Positions 25,958 to 39,330 are shown, numbered from the stretch's first letter. The stretch is DNA of 64,000 nt from Paramecium tetraurelia (GCA_000165425.1 CT868038.1:62001-126000), one strand, 5' to 3'. Notes: a model not told the origin generated them from the sequence alone. Numbers and translations are program-made.

Positions 25958-27223
25958 TCAATTTAATTTTACTTTCTTCTCTATTTCAAATTTAATTAAA
26001 TCACTAATATCAACTTCTTAAAAACTTTTGACATCTCTTTATGGAGACTGCTACTAAACTTGTGGTTTTGCTTAGTTCCTTTCATCCTTAATCAATTTTT
26101 AAAACTTCTAAGACGTATTTTGTTGAGGTCTGAACTAAGCTCTATCAATTCTCTGTTATTATAATCTGATGTCATTTTTCAAGAGAGTCTCATGAAATTC
26201 TTTGTCGAATTGAGGCATCTCATTTTGTGAACAAGGTTTCGGGTCTTATTTAAAGAATTCGTGATTCAAAGCTTGAGCTGCATTCAACCGTTTAGTAGGA
26301 TCAAGTATCAACAACTATTCTATTAAATCCAAAGTGACTTGATCAATCTATTTATTTTGTATTTGACAAAGTTCCTTGATGTGTTTGGTAAGTAATCTCT
26401 CGTAATTTCTCCTGGGTTTGAATTCCTCCCATTACCTCAAGTTGACACAATTAGGCCAATTCTACTCGCTAGCACTACCGCATAATTCATAGATCTTTTC
26501 CATTTAACGATACTCAATGTCCCCTTTAAAAAGTACATCTCCCGTTATTAACTCAGTAAATATGCAGCCAAGACTCCACATGTCAATTTAAGTATTGTAA
26601 TTAGTCTATCCCAACAAGAGTTCTGGTGCTCTGTACCATAACGTGACTACTTTGTAAGTGTATTTGGGATTACTCACGTTAGATAGCGTTCTAGCCAAAC
26701 CAAAATCTGCCAATGTTACTTACCCCTTATTATTCATTAGAATATTTGCGCATTTCAAATCTCTATGTATAATTTTACTCTCATGGAGATATTTAACACC
26801 TTCCAATAGTTGTTTGAAAATGCATTTTAATTATGGTAATGCGAATACATTTCTTTATCTATGAAGACCAGCAAAATCGTGATCGTAGTAGTCAAAGACT
26901 AAGAATGTTGATCCTCTGAAATTATTCCTATGAGATGCTTTGCTCACTATGATCTCTCTTAATCGCAGAATGTTTTTGTGATTCATTATTTTTAACAATT
27001 TGATTTCTCTTATGGCTGTAATAGGGAATCCTAAATGATGTGATTATGAACGAATACCTTCTGCCATTATTTTTTGATCTTTGGTATCAATTTTCTTTAA
27101 TGCAACAAAATCATTTGTTTTTAAACATTTCGCCTTATAAACCTTTCCATATGTCCCTGAACCTACCTCTGCAATCACTTTGTAATATTTGTTAACATTT
27201 TTGGTTCGACACGGAACTTGCAT
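25958..27223 (-). CDS. Transcriptional CDK (PITAIRE; CDK9/CDK12/CDKC class)
   Basis: [57 protein letters not shown]. Confidence 0.93.
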
Positions 27224-27427
27224 AAAATTAGAGAATTTAATATAAATAAATTATGGTATTTGCAATTCTAATTGATATCTTTCCCTTGATATCTGTTTAT
27301 GTTTTGATCCATTTATTTTGTTCTGATAAGTGATAATGAAATATTCTAGATTCTTCAAAATTTGAATTCAAGTTCGAAAATGTCACAATATTCATGTTTT
27401 ATTTAATATAAAATCATCTGACCTTCA

Positions 27428-27622
27428 TCACTTCTTATTAATATTGGATACCACTTGATCGAATGGATTTTGGGACTATTGCTATTGTTAGACTGGTTAT
27501 TAATATTGCTATTCGAATTATTGTTATGGAGAGCCGCCGAAGAGTGATCGTATCAAGAAGTGCATTCCAAAAACTCCAATTCCAACTCCTATAAATGAGA
27601 CAGCGAAATGTTTAATACTCAT
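27428..27622 (-). CDS. 64-aa microprotein with Gly-rich hydrophobic helix and Gln-rich tail
   Basis: MSIKHFAVSFIGVGIGVFGMHFLIRSLFGGSPQQQFEQQYQQPVQQQQQSQNPFDQVVSNINKK*; intronless, higher GC than flanks. Confidence 0.7.
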
Positions 27623-27651
27623 TCTGTTATTTTATTTTTAATTAATATATT

Positions 27652-28798
27652 ATGTCTAATTCCCCTCTTACAAAAGTACCAACTTCGGCATTCTCTCCAA
27701 TCTCGGCTTTGTCAATGCGGAAATAGGGACAAATCCCTCAGGCCCTGTCCAAACAAGCCATTGATTTGCAGAACACTCTGAATAAACTCAAGGAAGCAAA
27801 ACAAAAAAAACAACTTTCAAATTCTAACATCGTTGTCTAATCGATAAGTAACTTTTTATTTGAGTTGTAGCCAATCCAGTTAGCAGTCCTCAAAAAAACA
27901 AACACACCGAAGATTCAGAACCCATACAAATTTAATATAAATCCTTGTTTAAGGATATTGAATCACCAGAGATCTGTTAACCGAAGACTTACAATTAAAT
28001 GAATGAGTAAGAGGCTGAATTAAAGTATGAGCAAAGGAAAAAATAAATAAAAGAATAAATCGATAGAACTAAATCAAACAGTAAAATAATTTAGAAACCT
28101 AAATAAAGTTAAAAGAAGACTGTTGAAAAGTAAATTCAAAAAATTGATCTCTCTAAAAATTCTAATAAAAAATAAAAATAGGATTCCATTTCCAAAATCC
28201 AAGACGTCACCCCACAATCCAAAGACGGCTAGCATGACAATATGAAGGTTATGCAAAAAAAGCTAAAGCAAGACATAGCTAAACTTGATAAAGAAATCTA
28301 GGGCGAACACCAAACCTGTCTATTTGAAATTAAGAACAAAGGTCATGATTTATATCTATAAGGATTGCAGATCGAAGATAGAAAGTACCCATTTAATAAA
28401 TTAATTAAGGCAGTTTAAAAAAAAATTACACGAAAGAGAAAAGCAGCTAAAAGAGATGCAAGAGTGTACTTTCAAGCCACAAATAAGCTAGCAAAAGAGA
28501 ATGAATAATCAATCTCGATAAATTGAGTCAAGATTGCAATAAAATGAATCTAAACAGTAGGTTAAATGTTAGAGTAACAGGGATGGTTAGATAACTTCGA
28601 AAAGATTATCCCGTTCTCAATCATAAGATCAAATTAATAGTACAACACTGACCTAAACAGTTAACAATAACAATAACAACGATATCAATTGTAATTTAAA
28701 TCAATATCTATATTCTTATAGCTTACTTAAATAGAATTTAAGATAAATATTAATAGATAGTCAATAGAGCCAATGCTTTAAGACTTAAAGGACTTTGA
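27652..28798 (+). CDS. Coiled-coil hypothetical protein
   Basis: MSNSPLTKVPTSAFSPISALSMRKQGQIPQALSKQAIDLQ...; several tiny introns; end approximate. Confidence 0.6.
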
Positions 28799-29141
28799 CT
28801 GTATTATATGAATAAAAATTAATCAACCAATTTTTAATATCTTTCTCTTACACTACTTTTTCTAAAATACAATTTGCAATCTTAATTTTTAATATTATCT
28901 ATGATATTGAAACAATCTATTCATTTGAGTTCTTATTTTCTTCTAAATTGGAAATTAAGTCTATTCTTCAATCTACGTTTTGAGTTTTTGTTTATTATTT
29001 GGAATAATTATCCTTTAAATAGAGACGCTATTTTGACTCCCCTATTTAAATACGTAGTCTTTTCCGATTAGATTCAAAACCAAACTCAAAAGAGTGAATA
29101 GGCCTCATCAATTTTGATATATAATTTCTAAGAATTTAATT

Positions 29142-30615
29142 ATGAAAGTAAAATAGCTGTGTATTAATTCGTATAAGCCTCCAGTTTAATCTTAAAACTG
29201 GGCGTAGAGCTTATTTTTGAACCTATATAGATGCAATTCCTAATAGATTTCTCGCCATTTGCATAGACTAAAAGTCAATAATGTGGTGAAGGGTGGCTAG
29301 AGCTTTATCTTCGGAGAGGAGAAAGTTGGGTTGGCAGTTGGAGTAAAGGGTTCCTGTTACAATGCAGGAGGAGAAGTAGTGAGGAAAGCAAGATAATATG
29401 GCTTTGGCACAGTTGTATTGACTCAAAATGAATTAAACATAAAAGAAACATCTTAAGTAATTTCTGGGTTGATACAAGCCAATTACAAATATAAGTTGTT
29501 AGGAGATGTTGCATAGGAGAAATAGCAAAGTGATGAAAATAATGATCAATATACTTATATTTCTGACTTGCACGTTTAAGAAAATATTTTTGAGGATCCC
29601 TACTTTTAACAATTGGTTTAACTGGCTTAAATAAAGTTGTACGCAAGAGATTTGGCGAATACAAGGCAAGAAGGAACACCCCAATTCTTTGTGAATGAAG
29701 TAAAAACGCTATTTAAAGATAATCCCAATGTTGAGATAAAAATCTTAGAAGGCTAATAATTACAAGAAAGTTAATTGAATCTCTTTTATGCAGTTGGACA
29801 AGGATCCATTCACCCACCGACCTTAATCAACTTGACATATAGGGGCAATAAGGATTCTCAGCATTTGCATGCCTTGGTTGGTAAAGGAATTACCTTTGAC
29901 ACTGGAGGTTTACATTTAAAGTCTTACGGCAACATGGAAACCATGCACCTTGACAAATCTGGAGCATGCAATGTGTTGGCTGCTTTCAAGGGAGCTGTAG
30001 ACTTGAAATTAAAAGTCAATGTGACAGTCACTTTGGGAATGGCTGAAAATGCCATCTCAAATACAGCTTATAAACCATCCAATATTTTCAGAAGTCACAA
30101 GGGATTAACAGTAGAAATCAATAACACAGATGCTGAAGGACGTTTAGTGTTGGCTGATTGTTTAAGTTGGACATAGGCTACTCATAATCCAACTTCCATT
30201 TTGGAAATATCAACTTTAACAGGTGCTTGTGCAGCAGCTTTAGGAGAAAACACAGGAGGATTGTTCAGCAACAATGACGAATTATCATAGGAACTGTTGG
30301 AAATAGGGAAGGAATTGTAAGAACCATTTTGGAGACTGCCTGTGACTGATGAACATAAGGATATGATGAAGGGTCAATTTGCAGATTTATGTAATATTGG
30401 AAAAGCCAAGGTTTGCGGAGCTAGTAAGGCTGCAGCCTTTTTATTCAATTTTGTGGATGAGAAAGTATTGATTATGAATAGAATAGACACCCTTTGCTCA
30501 TCTTGATATTGCAGGGCCTATGGATAGCAAGGCAGACAAAGGTATTCATCCACCAGGAGCCACTGGTTTTGGTACATAAGTGCTATTAAAGTACCTTGTA
30601 AACAAGTAGGAATGA
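29142..30615 (+). CDS. Leucyl aminopeptidase (M17 family)
   Basis: LVGKGITFDTGG, MHLDKSGA, NTDAEGRLVLAD, STLTGAC, HLDIAG, GATGFG. Confidence 0.95.
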
Positions 30616-30675
30616 TATATTAATTATATAATAAAAATATGTCATATTGATAATATTTTTTATTTTTATTTATTT

Positions 30676-31280
30676 TCATTTGTTTCTATAGATCTCTTAT
30701 TCAACTTATCTTCTTTAAACTCTTTTGCCTAAATATTTTTCAAATTTCTCTTCTGAGACATCCTCAGCCTCGTAGCCTGCAACGTTGTGAATGATTTCTT
30801 CAATGTCATCCTCAGTCAAATTGAATCTTAATTCCTCGGATATTTTATGTAAATCTCCTTTGTCCAGTGTTCCCTTGCCATCTACATCGATGAGTTTGAA
30901 TAATTGGACTCTTCCCTTCTAATCGAATGGGTGACCCTAGGAAGTATTACTCAATAAGATTACTAATTTAGCTGTCAAATCTGAGATGAATGTTTCAAAA
31001 TCAACTGCATCATCATAACTAGAGGCCAAATCATCAAGAGCATGTGCAATAATTGGGAATTTATCAGTGAGACCAAGTGTCTTGGCTGTGACAAGAATAT
31101 CTCTCACATCTGCTTTCTTTGTTCTGGGTTCAGCATAAAGAACGAACATTTCATAAAATTCTGCAATGTGATCATATGTGAAGATGGGATGATTCTTAAC
31201 CCATGGCTTGGCAAGCAATGCTTACTTATCTTGGAATAATTTGTCTATTTACCCTTCTCTATCTGATCTCTTCTGCTCAT
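30676..31280 (-). CDS. Divergent centrin/EF-hand protein (infraciliary-lattice centrin-like)
   Basis: IAEFYEMFVLY...DFETFISDL...LFKLIDVDGKGTLDKGDLHKISEELRFNLTEDDIEEII. Confidence 0.8.
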
Positions 31281-31330
31281 TAAAAATAATTAATAAAAGA
31301 TATGCAAAATAACCCATAGCAAATTTATAA

Positions 31331-32982
31331 TCAAAATGCCTCTTTTTTATATTTATTCAACGCTGTTGGAGTATAGTTCTTATCTAAAACAATGGCAGCC
31401 TCCGTACTCAGAAGCATGGAACCAAGACTAACTCCATCCAATAATGAATGTTTCACCACAGCAAAACTGTCAATCACTCCCAAATCAATCATATTCCCCA
31501 AACAAGCTAAAGTACTTACATAAATAATGTACCTCTCCTCTAATCGAATCCAACATTGTAATCGCCTTCTTCTAACAGAACCTTCACAATCTGACCATCA
31601 TTAATTCCAGCATTTCTACATAATTATTTAATAGGCTATCTAAGAGTTTCTTATAGTAATGAAACTCCTAATTAATATTCAGGATCGATTTACAGATAAT
31701 CCAATAATTTAGAAGCATGCAATAAAGCTGTCCCTCCGCCAGGAAGTACTCCATTTTTCAAAGTGGACTTGGTAGCATTTAGAGAATCCACCAATTTATC
31801 TCTATTCTCATGCATCTCTATCTCTGACTTCCCTCCTATATACACTATTGCTGTCCTTCCATCAAATCTAGTTAATCTATCCTTAAGAGTTTGTGCACTA
31901 TAATTATTTGCATTTTCCATCTAATTCTTTAGGAAATTCTTTCTATTTTCTACCTCCTATTCATCAGGCTAAGTTCCAATAATCATGGTTTCCGTGTTGC
32001 TTACTTCAATTTTGACTGCTCTTCCTAATTGTGATAATTATTTCACCCCTTCGACATTCTCAACAGACTAAGAATTGCAAAGAATAGAAAAATCATCAAT
32101 TAAATCATTGCTAAATGATTAACCCATACCTGGTATTGTAATTGCACACACCTTAATGATGTCCTTGGTGTGATTGTATAACAACTAAGACATCACTTCT
32201 TCACTGATATCGCTAGCCATTATGAATAGAGGGGAGTTGGTATTCTTAACCAATTCTAGTATGGGCAGAATTTATTTAATCTATAAAATAGGTTCTTTTG
32301 ATGTTAGAATGAATGGATAATGCAAAATGCATTTGATTGTTCCTTTGTCTGCAAATTTTTCATGCATAAATCCTCTGAGTATTTATATTCCCTATTGAAT
32401 CTGAATTACAGATTCTGTACCTCCAGGTTCAATTGTGACAATCCCATTGATACCTATTTCTTTTATTGCTTTAAATACAATATTTGTGAGATTTTCATCA
32501 TAATTACTAGAAACCTTTGCAACATTATACAGTAATTGATCGTCGATTTCAGTTGTTTTAATTTCCTCCAAATATTCCAAGACTCTATTCTTGGCCTCCT
32601 TCAATCCTCTTGTGATATATATGGGATTGTGACCAGCTGATACATAAGCTTGTCCCATTTCAAAGATATTGGCAGCAATTAAGGCAGATGTAGTTGTGCC
32701 ATCTCCTGCAAACTTATTCGTCTAACTACTACTCTATCTAATCATAGCCGCACCCATTTCTGACAATCTATCACTCATCATCACATTCTTCACCACAGTC
32801 ACTCCATCTTTCGTGCTTCTGTGATTTCCTGTCTCAGATTCTATGACAACATTCCTACCTTATGGACCTAAAGTAAGAACACCAGCTTTTTTTACTTCAC
32901 TTACTCCTTGCAACAATCTTTGCCTTGCCTTATTCCCAAATACAATATGAGAGGTACTAAATTTGTATAATTTCATAATCAT
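31331..32982 (-). CDS. HSP60: Divergent chaperonin 60 (HSP60/GroEL family)
   Basis: TLGPQGRNVVI, TKDGVTVVK, AGDGTTTS, GVLPGGGTALL; no GGM tail. Alternative ATG at 32976. Confidence 0.9.
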
Positions 32983-34001
32983 TAGTAAAAATGTTATGTA
33001 TAATTTCTAACATAATCATCAGAATCAGATTCCTGATTATCGAAGTCATCCACAACAAAATGCACCTTTCTCCCTTTCCTAATTTTCTTTTGATGCAAAT
33101 TCTAGAACAACTTTGTCATTAACCCTGGTACTTTAGTTATCTCTCTTTCCAAATCAGAATTTAATTTGTGTATTTTATCAAAATCATCAATAAACATGGA
33201 ATTTGTTTTTTCCAATAACATTGATGAAATGATGTTTGAATGCTTCTCAACAAACTACAATATTTACAAAATATTATTGCTATTCAATTTTGATATTATA
33301 TCTTCTTCACATTTTTGCTTTAAATCAGCTATCAAATATTCATCAGCCAATAACATTAAATCGCAAGTATCCTCAATCTCAACTGGAAACTAAATTATAA
33401 CATTCTCAATACTTCCTTCCAATAGCCGCAGTAGATCCACTGTAACATGACTTTGAATAAATCAGGCTTTTTGCATTCCACCCTTAATACACTCTAATTG
33501 CTCTCAATCATATTCATAGAAAACATTCCATTAAATTTAGGTGATCTACTGGCCAAAATACATTTATGCAAAAGTAAAGGCTATATTTAAATATTGTGTA
33601 CCTGTTCATCATTAATTTAAAGTAGTATGTCGCTATGGGCACCATGATTAAAGAGAGTCTAAAAGGAAGTCTTTAGAGGATTTTAGGCCATCTAAGAAAA
33701 CTCGGTAGTATGTATGACTTTGACTAAACAAGCTGTCATAATACTTGTTTCAGGCTTAAACTAAATTTGAGTATTTTACTCTAATGTCTCTGCCTAAGGA
33801 TTGAAATCTCAACATCTTATAATTAAGATTAGTTATCCCACAAAACTCAAGACTGTATGATAAAAATGTCCTAGGCCTGATGATTGGCAATTTGATTGAA
33901 TTGTTTTTAATCATGATTACTTGATTTTTGGAAATGTTCAATAGATCTTCTCCTGCCTCGAATATAATGTCTAACTATTCTGACCCTTTCTTCTTCAACA
34001 T
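32979..34001 (-). CDS. BTB/POZ-domain protein (SPOP-like BTB)
   Basis: HKCILASRSPKFNGMFSMNMIES...FKVMLQWIYCG...LLADEYLIADLKQKCE. Confidence 0.85.
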
Positions 34002-34086
34002 CCAATATCTATATATATATATATTTCTTTTATAATATTTATGAAAGCTATACGAAACTAATAACACAAACATAAACATAGCATTT

Positions 34087-34658
34087 TCATTCTTATTTTA
34101 CTTTCTTAACAATGAACCCCACATACTCAACTTAATATTTATTACTCTATTTAATCTAAATTTACAATATAAAATTCTAATTACTGCTTCATCAAACAAT
34201 TGTTCAGCCTACTCTTTTTCGTATTCTGGGAAAAGCGATTAAAATCTTTAAACTAGTTTTTCCTTCACCTCATTTAATCGGACTTCTTCCAACTAATTTT
34301 ATTTTATGAATTCATCGATTGACTTTCTCCACCCTTTCCATTCCTCCTTGGGTTCTATTTCTTTCGTAGCTTCTTGCTCCTTCTGCTTTGTAGTGTCCTT
34401 CTATGGCTTCTATGGGTTTTGCTATTATTGAGGCTTTTTGCCCTAAGACTTTGATGAGATTAATACATTGGCATAGGGTCCCCAATACAATTGCTTTTCA
34501 CTCAAACAAGAGACGTGATCAACGTGGTTATCACTGAACATCTTCTTGCAATCAATGCAGATAAGGGAAGGTGGTTTTCTGCATTAGGTTCGTACATGCT
34601 TGTCGACTTGAGGTTTAGTTAGAGTTCGGTCGCAGTGATAACACATAAAAGTCACCAT
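34087..34658 (-). CDS. LYAR: LYAR-type C2HC zinc-finger nucleolar protein
   Basis: MVTFMCYHCDRTLTKPQVDKHVRTQC...LICIDCKKMF...HVSCLSEKQLYWG. Confidence 0.85.
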
Positions 34659-34710
34659 TAATTAAATAGGGAAATAAAATTTATAAATATAATTATCAAT
34701 TATTCTGCCA

Positions 34711-35870
34711 ATGAAAAGTTTCAGGACTGAAGAACCATTGAGTACTAATTCAAAAAATAAGGGATTAACATTTGAAATCGGAAATCAAAGTACAACTAGA
34801 GTACATAAAAAGTTTAATAGCATTAGAAATAACAAAAAATGCCATTTTAATTTAACTCCTTGAATACTGAAGAGTGTGATAATGATACACATAGGAGTCA
34901 ACAGGCCTTTAAAAAATTGAAAAACCTTGAATTCCAAAACGAGTTGTTTATGTTGGAAATGCAACATGGGTAAAGAAGAAAGGAGGCTGAATCAAATAGA
35001 TTGAAGTTTCAATTATCATCAATAAAATCAGACATTGATTTTATGAAAAGTCAATTACAATCCCCAGTCGCAAAGGTTAAACCAAAACGCAGACGATCTT
35101 AATCAATCGACAGTGAATAGTCCTCTAATAGAAATAGCAGTAGCAGTAGTGATAATAGTTATGTCAAATGCCCAATTAAGTTTAAACATTAGGAACCTAT
35201 ATAAAAGGAATAGATCAAAGCAGATAGGTATGAGATACCCACATATATATGTTTAGTTATGAAACAATAGGGAATAGATTTAAGCAGCTGTTTCAAATAA
35301 GTGATGTGAATGATAAGTTGAATTGGATGGTAAAATAATATTTCAATTCTTTCCATTCAATTTAATTAGATTTGTAGAATAATTTATTGCCTCTGTTATT
35401 AGAAAACACATTGAAATTATTGATTGAAATAATAGAGAAACTGAATTCGATAAAATTGGACACTTTGCAATTCAAATCATATGATCCATTTTAAAATGGT
35501 GATAAAAATATTAAGGGATATTCTAGCGATTTAGATATTGAAACCATCAATCAAGAATATTAATTTTAGGGGAACCAAACTCTAACAGATTATTGTTAAA
35601 AGTTCACTGAGTAGAAGAATCAATTTTCTACTCCGCAATATAAATAGCAACAACCGGAATAAAAACAATCAGCCAGATAACTACAAAACATGATGAAATC
35701 AAAGCCTGATTCGAGTTGTCATACTAGCAACAATTAGACTCTGGATAAGAAGGTTAGCATAAGCGAAAGGAGTTAAAAAAAAACTAGTATTAAATTCTAT
35801 ATGGTTATAGCTTAGAAGACTCAGTTAATGCCTAGTTTAAAGAATAGACAAAAGTGAAGAGTGAATTTGA
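34711..35870 (+). CDS. Hypothetical protein
   Basis: MKSFRTEEPLSTNSK...; Ser/Gln-rich segments and tiny introns; end approximate. Confidence 0.5.
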
Positions 35871-36003
35871 ATGTTTAATATTACTATAAATGTATATATA
35901 AATAATAATAACGAGGGGAGAAGGGGATATTTATATAATTTTATAAATAATATTTAAGAGAAGGAAAAAAGAAAATATTAAAAAGCCCATTTTAATACAC
36001 ATA

Positions 36004-36767
36004 TCATTGCCATCTCTTGCTTTATGGTTAGTATTATTTAATAAATGAATGTTATCCAACAACAAATAAAGTTTTTCAATATATGATTCATCAATATCTA
36101 TGGTGATTCTAAAAATACAATAGAATATACCTGAAATTGTTGATAGTGATTAAGATGCGAAATGTCATCGTTATTAGTATTATCTTGTTATTCAATATTT
36201 ACTATTACTTGCTTTAAATTCTTTCATAACATCTTTCTGAATTTTGAGAATGAACTCACTCATTCTTGGATTCTCCAGTAAAAGTCTCTCCAATAAATCC
36301 TCTCTGTTTTAGAATGCTTGTTTCAAATCTATGACAATCGCCAACTTTTTAGTGGTTGTAAGACTAGCGTAAAATTCCTCCAAAGGCAAACCCATACTAT
36401 ATGTATTCGATGTTTTATAATTCACTTTCTCGATAGCATAAGGTACTGTAATAAAAAAACATATAATAATGAAATCATACATATTTTGTAAGTGCTTAGA
36501 TTTGTATGCAATTTCACTTTGAGTTCCCTCCCCTAGAATTTATACCCATTCAATGTATCCACTGCAATATTGGCTGTAAATTCATCATAATACTCTGCAG
36601 TACATGAGAATTTCACTTCCCCCTCTCGTCTATCAATTTAAATCATTCAAATACTTTGGTGCCCATTCTACCAAAGGTCCAATACTTGATAGCAACTATT
36701 CTACTTCTTCATTTTTGGCCAAACTTTGAATATTGCTTACGTGAATCTGATTTCCTTTTGGTGGCAT
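36004..36767 (-). CDS. RRM plus hinge protein, CstF-64/Rna15-like
   Basis: IHVSNIQ...EQLLSSIGPL...AVDTLNGYKFQGRELKV (RRM); hinge-like LERLLLENPRMSEFILKIQ. Confidence 0.7.
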
Positions 36768-37027
36768 ATATTAATTTAATTAATATTAATATTTAGTATT
36801 TAATTAATTGGATCTCCATTTTTTATGTTCTCGCTTCACTTCCCCTGTGAAAAATTACCCCATGAATGAGTAAAATCTTATAACATATTGGATGATAATC
36901 ATTCACTAGACTCTCTCTCATATATAATACAATCAGAATTAACAATTCTATTGGATAAATTACAGGAATTTTGGTGTTCAAATAAACTATTGGATATTGA
37001 AATTTGATAATATATATTGATATCATG

Positions 37028-39330
37028 TCATATCTAGATAAATGTGTGATAATTTTTATGACTGGTTGCCACATAGCATTTCCAATCATCTTTTTTAAGT
37101 GTATAACATTCTTCGCAAAAATAAAAGCCAAAGCAGTTTTCACATTTATAAACACTCCCAGATTTTTCGATTTCGCAACCTTAACACTTATAAGTTTTTT
37201 TTTGAAATTGCTAAACTTCATATATAGGCTCGAAACGATGATCAGCCTTATGTCTTGGTCCATTCAATTCTGTTTAACTTCTGGTGAAGAAACAATTCTA
37301 GCCTATTATTAGATAGCAAGAAAATCAATTACATAAACTAAAATTTGTACATTGCTTGCAAATGAACTAGACACCAAGAATGGGTTTTTGAAAACACCCA
37401 TTGCACTTAGAATCATGACAAGGTATACCTTCAGCAAAGGTAGGCAATTCTATCACTTTGAATTCATGATCCTTATGATTAGGATCTCCAGTTATCAGTA
37501 GATTATCAAAACAAGCCTCACAAAAATCATAATTGTCACAAGTAATGCATTCGAATCTAGCTCCCCAAATGGGATTCTAATCGCAACCATTACATTAATG
37601 ATATTGATGCAATACTTCTTCATCAGCTTTGTTCGCTAAGAAGAACATATCGGTCTAAGTGAGTTCTCCTTCGCTAAATTAGAATCAATAGTGAATATTA
37701 CCTGATCTTTTTATTGTAACAATTCTAACAGATGTCAAAATTGGCTATTTTCTTAGATTTGTATCTACAAATACCAGGTTACAAAGAGATCCCGCAGATG
37801 TTACAGCTTATCTAGACCAACCACTTCTAAAAGGTTTCTCCCAATTGATTTCCAATAGAAAACCATCCAGGTCTTAGATTATGATTTCTAGCAAAGATTT
37901 CTACTTTCTTAGAACCTGGCATCATCATTTCTATGATTTCATATAACTCGATCGGTTTCTAAGATTTATTTCGGATAGAACTAAAGATGACGTTGTTTGA
38001 TATTTTTGAATGATATTCCACATGTTCACCTGGAGGACATTTATAACTATGTAAGTACTATTTTAATACCCAACCAGACATATTTCAAATGAGTGCATAA
38101 AGTAATATCCTGTAGAAAGATAAACGTTATTGCCTTATGGATTCAATTTTACCCACATAATTTGATCAACTATTTCATATCCCCACTTACTAGCCATTTC
38201 AAAAGCAATATTGAGTTGAGTATTGAGGATCCAAAGAAACAGAAATCCTTTCTTACTCAATTTCTCTATTTTAATATCCATAATTTCTTGATTGCTCATA
38301 GTGTTGTAGTCTAGAGAGAATTTGCTATTCGTGAACATAAATGAAGAGTCATTCTATTAACCTCCCTTGATTCTCCAGGGAGGATCCATCAAAACAACTA
38401 AACATCAAATTAATATAATATACCATCAAAGCCACCCACTTTCTCTACTAGGAAATCAATGTTAAAGTATCTTATATCACAATTGATGTAAGATTTAATT
38501 TTCACCTAATTTTGATAGTATTTTTTAATTCTCAATTCCCAACAGTTTCAAATTGCGTTTAGTTTCAAAATCTGTACCATCTTCAGTTAAAATTCTTAAG
38601 GGTTCTTCTTCTAATTTTTGTTCATCTTCCAATAATTTACCCTCGCCTTCTTATCCTGTAGAATTTTCAGGTTGGGCAAATTGTTTCAACTCTGCAGCAG
38701 TCACTGGAATGTCTAAGTTTGAAATAGTTCTTATATTATACCTTCAAATATCTTGACATAAATATTTCTGAATAATTCCTTTACTAAGTTTTCTTACTCG
38801 CTGCCAGAAGATAGGATTTATTTTTATTCATAGGACTTTTTGAAGATTTTGTTGACTCTCTTGAGGATGAGCTTACTTTTGTATTGAGCTTCATCAGAGG
38901 AGTCTTCTAAATCGATATGTTTGTGAGGTCTACGAAACTTTTTGGATTTCTTGGGTTTGATCTTAGGATTGAATTCAGAAGAGTGATCGGATGGGAGAAC
39001 TAATTATTCGCAGGATATTGGTAATTATTTGAGTAAGGTTGGTTCTTGGTTCTGCTACTACTCCTCTCTTGGGGGAGTCTGTAATTCAGCATTCTTCTTT
39101 TTGCGATCTTACTTGAGGTGTGTAATTTTGTGTTGCTGGACTACGGGTATTGGTTGAGTTGCTAAGAATAATAGATCTAATTACGTTGCGTGCCAGTTTG
39201 CTTTCTCTCTCTCTTATTGTACACCAGATTATCAAGATTGATCTACTTTAATCCTGTCTTTTGTTTTTGAACATTTTTTTTATAAGTCGGAGGTCAGTTT
39301 GGCATCGTAAATCTTTTCTTGGTCAGTCAT
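37028..39330 (-). CDS. MT-A70 family N6-adenine methyltransferase with four ZZ-type zinc fingers (AMT2/AMT5-like)
   Basis: [16 protein letters not shown] (DPPW at 38375-38386), [62 protein letters not shown], followed by four CxxC..CxxC ZZ units. Confidence 0.92.
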
